DNA of 49,619 nt, from the NCBI GenBank assembly GCA_946534105.1, contig CAMNCG010000003.1, positions 1-49,619 of the forward strand. The letters are read 5' to 3'. The notes below the pieces were generated by a model. That model did no database searches. It saw only the letters and a program-made list of their open reading frames with translations, and was not told where the DNA came from. The stretch comes from an uncultured Verrucomicrobiota bacterium. Lineage in GTDB: Bacteria > Verrucomicrobiota > Kiritimatiellia > RFP12 > UBA3636. Position 1 is the first letter of the stretch. Each line of letters begins with the position of its first letter. The translations under genes and the position numbers were made by a program. Below, in pieces: positions 26,307 through 35,314 of the stretch.

Positions 26307-27068
26307 CTACCGGTCATGATCCCAGCGCTTGAACGTGGACGCCTCGATCACGATCGGAAACGCGATCGTCTCTCCATGCATTTTGAGCGGCGCCCAGAAC
26401 TTCAGGTCGAACGGCAGGACCTCGCCGGGCAGCAGATAGCCGAGATACTGGCCGCAGGTTCCGCCGCCAAAGGCCTCGACCTCCGCAGACCGCCATTCGC
26501 CGCTATAAAACCAGTTCAGGTTCCGCCAAACGGGAAGCTTGGACGAGATGACCGTGGAAACCGCAAGGCGATATTCATAACCACCCGACATTTCTTTCTC
26601 TGTCGGAACGCACCCATATACGTGTGCTTCATCACCGAAAACGGTTCTGACTGTATTCTCGATGTAGCGAGAAACGCTAGGATTATAGTCATTATTAAGG
26701 TCACCCTCCTGATGCGCTTGCGTCTCGTTTTGCAGATGGCCGTCGCCGTACCACATCCCCGACGTGATGTAGAGATATGCCGGAGCGGAGCCGGTGTTGC
26801 GGACCTGGAACGCGCCAGGGCCGTTGTCGGAGTAGAAGGTGTCGACGGCGCCTCCGGCGACGACGTTGCCGATGCGCCAGAGCGTGACGGGATTGCCTTT
26901 CGAATCGACGTAGCCCTCCGTGGCGGGAAGCGTCACGGAAAGGTCGCCACCATTGGCGTCCAGGATCCGGGCCGAGCAGAAGATGAAGCCGGAGGTGGTT
27001 TCGGCCCGGACGGATGAGGCCGTCGCAAGGGCGGCCGTTGCGCAAAGCGCGAGCGTTCGTGTTTTCAT
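26307..27068 (-). CDS. Cassette A secreted subunit (putative fibre subunit)
   Basis: Paralog of 21404-22177 with identical signal peptide and a divergent AT-richer centre. Confidence 0.8.
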   Translation of the reverse strand: MKTRTLALCATAALATASSVRAETTSGFIFCSARILDANGGDLSVTLPATEGYVDSKGNPVTLWRIGNVVAGGAVDTFYSDNGPGAFQVRNTGSAPAYLYITSGMWYGDGHLQNETQAHQEGDLNNDYNPSVSRYIENTVRTVFGDEAHVYGCVPTEKEMSGGYEYRLAVSTVISSKLPVWRNLNWFYSGEWRSAEVEAFGGGTCGQYLGYLLPGEVLPFDLKFWAPLKMHGETIAFPIVIEASTFKRWDHDR

Positions 27069-27129
27069 GGTGTTGTTGGTTTCGGGTGGAAAAGGGGAAG
27101 AGGGGAAGAGAAACGGACGCGTCGCGCGG

Positions 27130-30100
27130 CTATTCCGTCACGACGACGCGGACAAAGCCGCTCTGCCAGGAGGTCGGGAGGGAGACGTCGGATTCGACGG
27201 TTCCGGTCGCGGACGGGGTGATCGTCTTCACGGTGGTCCAGGTGCCGCCAAGGGAGGAGGCGCGCTGGATCTTGTAGGACATTCCCTTGCGCGCCTTGAA
27301 GGAGACGTGCGCAACGCCGGTCGCCGGATTGAGCGACATGTCCGTGAACGTCGCGGCGTTGAGCGCCTCGAAGCGCCACGAGAGCGCAAGCGCGCCGGAC
27401 GTGCCGTCGTAGCCCGCGACCGCGATGCGGTAGACCGTGCCCGCCGCGGCGGTGTCGAAGACGACGCGGCTCGTCGACGCGCCGCCGTGGTCGTCGTTGG
27501 AGGCGACCTTCGAAAGCGACCCGACCGCCGTGCCGGTGTAGACGCCGAGCACCGTGTCGAAGGCGCTCCCTGCCGTGGAGATCTCGACCGTGCCCTTGGC
27601 CGGGGCAGTCCACGTCCACCAGACGGAACCGGCGTTCGCAGCGTCGGCGTGAAGCGGCTCGCCGCTCTGCGCCGTCGCGCCGAGATTGCCCCACTTGACC
27701 GCGCCGGAGTATCCAGAAAGCGCGATCGCGGAGGCGAAGGCGTCGTTGGACGGCTTGCGGTAGCCGGTGTCGGAAGCGCTCCATGCGCTGCATCCTGCGG
27801 CATTTTCCGACTCGACCCAGTACGTGTAGCGTCGACCGGGAATCGCGCCCGTGTCGGACCAAGAAGTCCCGGTGACGCCGCGCGCCACCGCCACGGAGTC
27901 GGCCTCGGCGCCCGTTTCGCTGCAATACACGTTGTAGCTTGAGGCGTAGAGCGCGGAATTCCACGAAACCGTCACATTCGCAGTTGAGGTGCCGTCCGTC
28001 GCCGAGACGGACGCCGGGGCGTCCGGAAGCCGGATTTTCATGCCGGTCTTCGAAGCGCTGTAGTCGCCGGGCCGCGTTCCGGAGGAGCTCACCGCCGCCT
28101 GAACGAAGTAGTAGTAGGTCGTCCCGGCGGTGCCGGAGGTGTCGGTGTAGGTGCGGCCCGTCTGCCACGAGCCCAGCGCCGTCTTCGTGCCGGAAGAGGA
28201 CGTGGCGCGGAAGACGCGGTAGTGCGTCGCGCCCGTCACCGCGCCCCAGGAGAGCGCGACGCCGCTCGTCGATCCGGTGGCGGCGGAGATCGCCGGCGCG
28301 GAGAGTTTCCGGTAGCCGCTGTCGGAGCCGCTGAAGCCGCTCGATCCGGCGCTGTTCACCGCCTTCACCCAGTAGTAGTAGAGCGTGCCAGGAGTGGCCG
28401 CCGTGTCGGCGTAGGAGGTCGCGGTGACGCCGCTCTTCACGGCCGTCGCCGAGCCGGAGGAATTGGACGTGTGGCGGTAGACGGTGTAGGACGTCGCGCC
28501 GGAGACGGCACCCCACGACACCGTGCAGTTCGCCGTCGACGCGCCGTCCGCCGCCGAGACCGACGCCGGCGCGGAAGGAACGGTGACGGCGGGCGTCCAG
28601 ATGACCTGATCCACCCAGCCGCAGTCGGAGCCCTTGTCTACCGAACTATCCTTGCGATAGTTCCATCGAAGCGTATGACTTCCCGTCCCGGTAACCGTCA
28701 CCGTCTTCCGCGCCCACGTCTCCGTCGTTCCGCCGATCTTGGCGTTTTGCGTTCCATCAACGAGAAACTCCAGATAGTCGTAGTTTGCGCTTTCGCTGGA
28801 GACGTTCCACCAGAAGGAAATCGTCCCCGCGCCCGTCACCGTAGTCTGAAGCCACGAAGACTGGTTGGCGGAAATCGTCCCGCTCTGCGCCGCATCGATT
28901 CCGTCGTGCGTCTCGTCAACCTGCGGCGTCCACGCAGCGTCTCCGCCTGTCGTGAACGAGAGTGAGGTATTGTCGAGGGCGGCGGCGAGGGTGAGGGCCG
29001 GGACCGTCGTGGAAAGCGTGATGTCGTTGCCCCAGCTGTTGCCAACCGTTCCCGTTCCGGGCGTGTAGTATTTCCCGCTGACGGAAGTGGAGACGCAACT
29101 CGCGACCGAAACCGCCTTGCTTCCTGTCGCGGTGCCGTAGGTGGCGGTGACGGTCCACGACTTACCGCCCGTCACCCAAAGGGCGTATACGCCGTGCCCG
29201 TCGGTCGTCGCGGAAACGGTCGTGGAACCGTTCACGCCCTTCACGCTCGCGCCGGAGATCGGCTGGCCATTTTTGTCGAGAACACGCCCGGTGAGCAGAT
29301 CGCCCGTCTTTTGCGGAAAGATGTTGTAGATCACTTGGTCGAGTACGGTGCTCGTGTATCCGACGCTCGTCGCGTCGACGGTGGGAAGGTTGTACCAGGC
29401 GTCGCCGCTGCCGCTCCACCCCAAATTGATGTGCGTGTAAAGGGTTCCGGAAGTGTAGCCGTATCCGTCGGCCACGACCTGGTGGCCGTCAATTCCGAGC
29501 GACACCGGACACTTGGCGTCGAGATTGGCGAGAATGGAGCGTTTGACGATGTCGGCGGAAAAAGCGCCTCCGTCCTGGACCTGCGTCCGGGAATTGGCAT
29601 AGCCGAATACCGTGCGAAAGGCATCGTCGAGACAGTATCCTCCCGTCCCCGATCCCCCGCTCGCCCAATTCATGTACGTGGCGACGCCAAAATCGTAGCA
29701 GAGTTTGCCGACGGCCTGCATTTGCGCCGTCGTCATGCCGGAAAACGAATTCGGCATGCTGCTCCATGCATACGTCCCCCCCATCGAGGTTTTCGACACG
29801 CTCGAACCGGAAACGTAGCACGTGCGCGTCACCTTCGGCCGCGAAGCCGTCGGAAAGCCCCAGTACTTCGCGATCTGCGCACCGGCAAGCGCGACGCAGC
29901 CGCAGACGTAGTTGTCGGCATTTCCCGCTTCGTTCGGCGGCGTGTAGTAATTGGCCGCGCCGGAGGACTGTCCCCACGTCGTCTTGAGAAGTTTCGCGAC
30001 GCGGACGTCCGAAACGCCCGAAACGCCGTATTTTCCGGACGACGAGCCGTCCGCCGGCACCACCGCTTCGGGCGCCTCGCCGGCAAGCAGCGCGTCCCAC

Positions 30101-30594
30101 TCCGCCTCCTCGTCCGGGAAAAGGGAATCCCCGGGAGCGGCGGCCGCGAAACGCACGGTGCCGGATCCGGGATCGGATTCCGCCGTCGAGGATGGTGCCG
30201 CAGCGGCCGCTCGCGCATCGAGCGTTTCCACGGTCCGTTTCGCCATGTCCGCGCGCAAGATCGCGAAGAGCGGATGGTCCGGATCCTCCGGAACGCCGTC
30301 GCCGTCAAAGAAGGCGATGACCGGCCGGACGCCGCTCTCGGCGCTCGTGACCACCGTGCCGCCGCCTTCCATGCGGACGACGTGGAAGAGCGGTGTGCCG
30401 TCGTCGCCGAGGGTCGTGCGGACTTCCGCGACGTCGGACGAGCCCATGGTTTCGCCTAGGGGCGAGACATCTCGCGCCACCCATGCGGCGGCGGCTTTCC
30501 CCGCCTCTTCGGCGGTGATTTCGCGAGCAAGCGCAGGAATCGCGGCGAGAAGCGCGAACGCGACGGAAAGGAACGAGAAACGGATTGTTTTCAT
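27130..30594 (-). CDS. Peptidase C10 (streptopain/SpeB-like) with prodomain, carboxypeptidase-regulatory-like, FN3, PPC-like and C-terminal domains
   Basis: WGQ, CGCVALAGAQIAKYW (catalytic Cys), GHQVVADGY (His), HINLGWSG; LTGRVLDKNGQPISGASV. Confidence 0.92.
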   Translation of the reverse strand: MKTIRFSFLSVAFALLAAIPALAREITAEEAGKAAAAWVARDVSPLGETMGSSDVAEVRTTLGDDGTPLFHVVRMEGGGTVVTSAESGVRPVIAFFDGDGVPEDPDHPLFAILRADMAKRTVETLDARAAAAAPSSTAESDPGSGTVRFAAAAPGDSLFPDEEAEWDALLAGEAPEAVVPADGSSSGKYGVSGVSDVRVAKLLKTTWGQSSGAANYYTPPNEAGNADNYVCGCVALAGAQIAKYWGFPTASRPKVTRTCYVSGSSVSKTSMGGTYAWSSMPNSFSGMTTAQMQAVGKLCYDFGVATYMNWASGGSGTGGYCLDDAFRTVFGYANSRTQVQDGGAFSADIVKRSILANLDAKCPVSLGIDGHQVVADGYGYTSGTLYTHINLGWSGSGDAWYNLPTVDATSVGYTSTVLDQVIYNIFPQKTGDLLTGRVLDKNGQPISGASVKGVNGSTTVSATTDGHGVYALWVTGGKSWTVTATYGTATGSKAVSVASCVSTSVSGKYYTPGTGTVGNSWGNDITLSTTVPALTLAAALDNTSLSFTTGGDAAWTPQVDETHDGIDAAQSGTISANQSSWLQTTVTGAGTISFWWNVSSESANYDYLEFLVDGTQNAKIGGTTETWARKTVTVTGTGSHTLRWNYRKDSSVDKGSDCGWVDQVIWTPAVTVPSAPASVSAADGASTANCTVSWGAVSGATSYTVYRHTSNSSGSATAVKSGVTATSYADTAATPGTLYYYWVKAVNSAGSSGFSGSDSGYRKLSAPAISAATGSTSGVALSWGAVTGATHYRVFRATSSSGTKTALGSWQTGRTYTDTSGTAGTTYYYFVQAAVSSSGTRPGDYSASKTGMKIRLPDAPASVSATDGTSTANVTVSWNSALYASSYNVYCSETGAEADSVAVARGVTGTSWSDTGAIPGRRYTYWVESENAAGCSAWSASDTGYRKPSNDAFASAIALSGYSGAVKWGNLGATAQSGEPLHADAANAGSVWWTWTAPAKGTVEISTAGSAFDTVLGVYTGTAVGSLSKVASNDDHGGASTSRVVFDTAAAGTVYRIAVAGYDGTSGALALSWRFEALNAATFTDMSLNPATGVAHVSFKARKGMSYKIQRASSLGGTWTTVKTITPSATGTVESDVSLPTSWQSGFVRVVVTE

Positions 30595-30616
30595 GGCAGA
30601 AAATTCGGGAGCCGGA

Positions 30617-33600
30617 TCATTCCAGAACGATCCGGTAGAAGCGCGAGGGTTCGTTATCCTCGACGGGCACGGAGATCGGGCAGTCGCCCGTCTCCGAAGG
30701 CGTCACCGCAAGAACGGTGATCCATGCGGGTTCGTCGAGACGATTCTTGTATTGGACGAGGTACGTGAAGCCCGCCTCCCCGTGGAAGGAAAAGCGAAAC
30801 ACCGACTCTCCGCCAGCGGTGGCGAATCCCACGGTTCCGCCAATGTCCGGCGGAGCCGAAGGCCCGCCTTCCGAGGTGCCGCCTGAGCCTCCTCCGCCAC
30901 CGGACGGGTCGTCGTCCTCGTAAAGCGGCGTCGTGGTCCAGACGGAGACGCTGCGGCCGCCCAGCTCCGCCGGAAGTTCGATGACGACCCGTTCCCAGGC
31001 GGAGGTGAATGTCGCGCGGGAGACGTCCCAGGCGATGCCCACGTCGTAATCGCCGGCACCGCCGACGAGACCGGCGACGTCCGTGCCGATCAGCGCGCCG
31101 CCGATCTCGCCGCGCCAGAACTTCACGACCGTGCCCGCAGGGAGGGGCGAAACGGAGTCGTTGTGGAGGCGGGCGGAGACGAGGCGCAGCGTGTCGGTCG
31201 CGCGCACGGCCGCGGCGTTGCGGAACGAGATGGCGGGGCTTCCGACATCCGGCCGCCAGAGAAGCGTGTTGTTCGTCCGGTCCGCGTCGGCAAGAACCGC
31301 GTCCGGGTCGATTTCGACGGTGAACGCGACGTTCGTCAGCCCCTCCTGCGGCGTCCAGGGCGCTTCCACCACCACGCGCGAAAGGGGCGGGACTTCGGTC
31401 TCGCCGGAGGCCAGCAGCGTCTTGTCGGCGCCTTCGCCATCCCAGACGCGGTAGGCGACCGACCGGACAGGCGACGTCCCGAAGTTCTGGATGCCGACGC
31501 GAAGGACGTTCGTCGCGCCGATGACCACGTTTGTGGCAAACGAGCAGTCCTCGGCCGCGACGCCGACGTCGAGGACGGCTTCGCGGCGATGCACGGCGAG
31601 GTCGACGGCCCCGTACACGAGTGCGCCTTCGGCGTTCGTCGAGACGGCGACGGACTCGTAGGCGACCCTCAGGGTCCCGTCGCCGCCCATCGCGCCCGAG
31701 AGGTTTCGCATGAGGGCGGACTGCCCGCGGAAAAGCGTGACTGGAGCGGAAAGCCCCGTTTCCGGCGTGTAGTCGGCGGACGTGACGCCGCCCTGAAGCC
31801 CGCCTTCCGAGTCGGCGGGACTCGTTGCCCACAGAAGCGTCGCCGAACCGTCGTCACGGACGGAGAGACGGAAGTCGGACGGGACGGAGACGTCTTCCGG
31901 CGCGGCCGCAGGCGCGCCGGAGGAGGCGGCGAGGCCACTCGAGGCGAAGAGCGTATCGTCCTGCACCCAGACAGCATGCGGCGTGCCGTCGCCGAGGAAC
32001 CAGGCGTACGGGCGCATGGCGGAGGCGGAGGCGGCGGAAAGCCGCACGGGGGCGGACCAGACGCCGTTCGCGAAGGACCTGGCCCAGATTTCCGAGTCGT
32101 CCGTCATGAGATCGCCGTCGGCGTCGGCGGCCCAGACAAGAACCGCCTTGTCGCCGTCCCAGGCGATGTCGTGCGAGAGGATGGCGCCAGCGGCCGGGAC
32201 GGCGACGGCCATCGGGCTCCAGGCACCGTTCCGGTAGAACGAAACGGCAAGTTCGCTCGGCTGCGAGGCCGATCCGATGTAGGCGCCGGCCGCGTTGCGC
32301 ACCCAGGCGACGGCCGCCGTCCCGTTCGTCGCCCCCTTGAGGACGGGAACCCAGTCGAGGGCCGCGTCATCCGTGAGATTGGCGCAGTCCCACGCTCCGG
32401 ACTGGGGGTTGCGGACGCCGGCCGCGATTTCCAGCGCCGAGCAGACGGTCCCGAAAGACGTGCCGTCGGCGAAGGTCCGCTTCGCGTTCGCCCAGGCGGC
32501 CACGGCGACACCATCCGGCAGAAAGACGAGTTTCGGCTGGAAGTCGGCCGTGCCGTCGTCCCAGACGGCGCTTTCCGCGCCCCAGGAGCCGTCGGACGCC
32601 TCGTCGCGGACGACGAGCAACGTCCGGTCGAGATCGGCGCGCGAGGCCTTGTCGCGGACGTAGGCGACGGCAGCATCCGTTCCGGCGGCGGCGATCGCAG
32701 GCTGGGGCGCCGGGTAGCCGTCGGCCATGAGCATCTGCGGATTGTCGACGGAAGCTGCCGCGAGACGGAGTCCCGTTTTTTTCAAATTCCGGAATTTGGT
32801 TGAAATCGACGTCGCTCCGGTGCCGTAGTCGCGGGCGATGGGCTTGAAACCGCCGCTGACGGAATCCGGTGTCGCCAGTCGCCGGTTCTGGCCTATGACC
32901 GCGCTCTCCTGATACATGGAACCGGGGCCGACGAATGGATAGAAGTAGAAATTGCCCTCCCACCACGTTCCCGTCCATTCAAACCCGACCAGCACGACAC
33001 GCCACATCACCTGCCCGTTGATCAACACCCTCTCAAGACCGCCAGGAACATGCGCCACGAGATGCAGCCCGACTTGTCCGGAGACTTCGGCCTGGGCCAG
33101 CACGTCGGCTCCAATGCCGGCCGTGGCCTTGCCGGCGATCAAGGGTTCAAAATTCAGATCCGTGGACCAATCGCCGTTGCGTTGGCGCATGACGAACGCC
33201 CCGTTGGAAAGAAAGCCGATTTCGACATAGACTAACGGAAAGTCGGGGAGGCGTTGCCGGACTTTCCATGAAAAATCATAGTTTACGCCCAATTCGGCGG
33301 AGTTCAAGACCCATGTTTCGCGGATCGGATCGTACTGATACACGCCCCCGCCCGTAAGCCCAACATTGATGTTGTTGCCGCCAAACCGTCCGATCGTGTC
33401 CCCGCGCTTGTCATAGGAACCCCCGCTCAGGCCGGCGTCGGCACCTTCACAGTACTGCCCCGTGCTGGAGTCCGCGCTCTGCCAGAGTTTCAGGGTGGGC
33501 GTCAGTTCCAACGGCATTTCGATGGGATATTCGGGGGATCCGATTTCCGCCATGTCGGACATTGCGTCAAACAAACTGAACCCGCGGTACTCCGGCGCGC

Positions 33601-34090
33601 GATAGACCACGCGGTGCCCAATCGGATCGGGGTCCGCACGGATCTGGCTCAGGTAAATGGTGTCCCACATGGGCGGAGCCGTTGCGATTTCGACGTTCAC
33701 GCGGAACGGCCTCGACATCTGGTTGTTCTGGCTCACGGCGATCACCGTCAGGCGGTCGCCGGGCGAAAGAGACCCGACGTCGAACGTGAACGTGGCCTCG
33801 TCCTGCCGCCTCCCGTTCACGAGATAGTGGTCAACTGGCTTGTTTTCCCGCGTGGAGGTTCGGATTGTGAAGGAGATTTCGCACCGGACGCCGGAGATGA
33901 ACGTCTGGGCGCGCCCGCCCTGCCCGCCGTATTCGCCGGAGCAGTAGGTACTCGTCACGTCCGTGATGACAATGTCCGACCGCGTGTCCACGACGAACTC
34001 CCCGGACGAGCCGGAGACCGAGAAGGGGGAGCCGTCCGCGACGGCCGCGGCGGCGGAAAGGGCGAGAAGGGCGGAAAGAATTCGTTTCAT
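30617..34090 (-). CDS. Secreted surface protein with propeller-like repeats, CARDB domains and C-terminal RFYR domain
   Basis: Signal peptide MKRILSALLALSAAAAVA after GGAGGGG; VEIDPD...DRTNN; ends SRFYRIVLE. Confidence 0.82.
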   Translation of the reverse strand: MKRILSALLALSAAAAVADGSPFSVSGSSGEFVVDTRSDIVITDVTSTYCSGEYGGQGGRAQTFISGVRCEISFTIRTSTRENKPVDHYLVNGRRQDEATFTFDVGSLSPGDRLTVIAVSQNNQMSRPFRVNVEIATAPPMWDTIYLSQIRADPDPIGHRVVYRAPEYRGFSLFDAMSDMAEIGSPEYPIEMPLELTPTLKLWQSADSSTGQYCEGADAGLSGGSYDKRGDTIGRFGGNNINVGLTGGGVYQYDPIRETWVLNSAELGVNYDFSWKVRQRLPDFPLVYVEIGFLSNGAFVMRQRNGDWSTDLNFEPLIAGKATAGIGADVLAQAEVSGQVGLHLVAHVPGGLERVLINGQVMWRVVLVGFEWTGTWWEGNFYFYPFVGPGSMYQESAVIGQNRRLATPDSVSGGFKPIARDYGTGATSISTKFRNLKKTGLRLAAASVDNPQMLMADGYPAPQPAIAAAGTDAAVAYVRDKASRADLDRTLLVVRDEASDGSWGAESAVWDDGTADFQPKLVFLPDGVAVAAWANAKRTFADGTSFGTVCSALEIAAGVRNPQSGAWDCANLTDDAALDWVPVLKGATNGTAAVAWVRNAAGAYIGSASQPSELAVSFYRNGAWSPMAVAVPAAGAILSHDIAWDGDKAVLVWAADADGDLMTDDSEIWARSFANGVWSAPVRLSAASASAMRPYAWFLGDGTPHAVWVQDDTLFASSGLAASSGAPAAAPEDVSVPSDFRLSVRDDGSATLLWATSPADSEGGLQGGVTSADYTPETGLSAPVTLFRGQSALMRNLSGAMGGDGTLRVAYESVAVSTNAEGALVYGAVDLAVHRREAVLDVGVAAEDCSFATNVVIGATNVLRVGIQNFGTSPVRSVAYRVWDGEGADKTLLASGETEVPPLSRVVVEAPWTPQEGLTNVAFTVEIDPDAVLADADRTNNTLLWRPDVGSPAISFRNAAAVRATDTLRLVSARLHNDSVSPLPAGTVVKFWRGEIGGALIGTDVAGLVGGAGDYDVGIAWDVSRATFTSAWERVVIELPAELGGRSVSVWTTTPLYEDDDPSGGGGGSGGTSEGGPSAPPDIGGTVGFATAGGESVFRFSFHGEAGFTYLVQYKNRLDEPAWITVLAVTPSETGDCPISVPVEDNEPSRFYRIVLE

Positions 34091-34106
34091 GGTGTCCCCT
34101 CCCCCT

Positions 34107-35225
34107 TCACGGACGCCGCACGGTGCGGAAGCCGATGCTGTAGTTGGTGCCGTCGGGCGCATTGGTCTGCCGGGCGCCCATGCGGCAGATTCTGCCGTTG
34201 GTGCCCCAGCTGCCGCCCTTGATGACCTTGCTTCCGCCCGACGCCGTGGCCGTCCACTCCCGCACGTTGCCGGCCATGTCGTAGAGTCCGTAGTCGTTCG
34301 GCCGGAAGGAGGCGACGGGCGCCGTATAGGGCATCCCGCCGACCGCATAGTCGGGATGGTATCCTTTTTTTTCGCCCTCGTCGAAATAATATATGTCGCC
34401 CATGTGATAGTAGTTCGCCCGATAATGGTTTATAAGACCGGGCTTTTCGTCAACGTACACGTTCCACGGATAGCGGTGGCCCTCGCGTCCGCCGCGCGCG
34501 GCGTACTCCCACTCCTCCTCGGTGGGGAGGCGGTAGCCGTTGCGGCCCGTCTCCGCGGTCGGCTCGCTCTGGCCCGTGCGGTAGACCTCGCCGTCCACGC
34601 GATAGACGGGGTCGAGGCCGGTCATCTCGCTGCGGGCGTTGCACCATTTGAGGCAGTCGTACCAGTTCATCTTCTGCGCGGGATGGTCCAGCCCCTTGCC
34701 GCCGCCCTCGTAGTCGAATTCATAGCCGTGCGCCACCGCCCAGTCGTACACGAATTTCCACCGCATGTACTTCACCTCGGTCTTGTCCATCCAGAAGGAC
34801 TCCACGGTGAGGGAGTAGGACCCGAGGTCGCTGTCCGGGTTCCGGCCGGCGCGGGTCCCCCCGGGGATGAAGGCCATCCCGAGGTCCGGGCCGGCGTTGA
34901 CGGTCGCGACGAAGTTGCTCTGCACGTGTTCCGGCCAGTCCGCCCCGGCGTCCCACACGATGTGCTTGTTGCGGCCGGGGACGACGTCGACGCCCACGTC
35001 GCCGCTCAGCGTCGCGAGCGCCGGCTTGTCGCCGCCGCCCTCGATGGAGAGCGACACGTCGAAAACCCCACCGTCCTCCGCCACGAGATCGTAGTAGATG
35101 TCCACGAGGTCGGACTTCGGGCGCTGCTGCGCCTGGACGTTCTCGATTCGCGCGGCATCCGCACCGCAAACCGCGAAAAACGGAGGCAGGACGAATCGGA
35201 AAAACCGGAAACGGAAGGTTTTCAT
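34107..35225 (-). CDS. Secreted SUMF1/FGE-fold domain protein, probably non-catalytic
   Basis: FWMDKTEV, GYRLPTEEEWEYAARGG, PNDYGLYDMAGNVREW, GGSW, IGFR. Lacks the FGE catalytic Cys pair. Confidence 0.92.
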   Translation of the reverse strand: MKTFRFRFFRFVLPPFFAVCGADAARIENVQAQQRPKSDLVDIYYDLVAEDGGVFDVSLSIEGGGDKPALATLSGDVGVDVVPGRNKHIVWDAGADWPEHVQSNFVATVNAGPDLGMAFIPGGTRAGRNPDSDLGSYSLTVESFWMDKTEVKYMRWKFVYDWAVAHGYEFDYEGGGKGLDHPAQKMNWYDCLKWCNARSEMTGLDPVYRVDGEVYRTGQSEPTAETGRNGYRLPTEEEWEYAARGGREGHRYPWNVYVDEKPGLINHYRANYYHMGDIYYFDEGEKKGYHPDYAVGGMPYTAPVASFRPNDYGLYDMAGNVREWTATASGGSKVIKGGSWGTNGRICRMGARQTNAPDGTNYSIGFRTVRRP

Positions 35226-35271
35226 GTGGCGTCGTTCAGGCGGTTGCCGGCGCAGGCGGGTGACGGACGCA

Positions 35272-35313
35272 CCGACCTGCATGCGGCCCCTTGCGGGGTC
35301 GCATGCGGGTCGG
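35272..35313 (-). terminator. Long hairpin immediately after the giant gene stop
   Basis: CCGACCTGCATGCGGCCCC-TTGC-GGGGTCGCATGCGGGTCGG; no U-tract. Confidence 0.5.
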
Positions 35314-35314
35314 C

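Noticed and set aside
34107-34230. FGE/C-type-lectin C-terminus as a diversity-generating retroelement variable region
   Set aside because: The fold fits DGR targets, but I see no template repeat or reverse transcriptase in the window; a remote DGR cannot be excluded.
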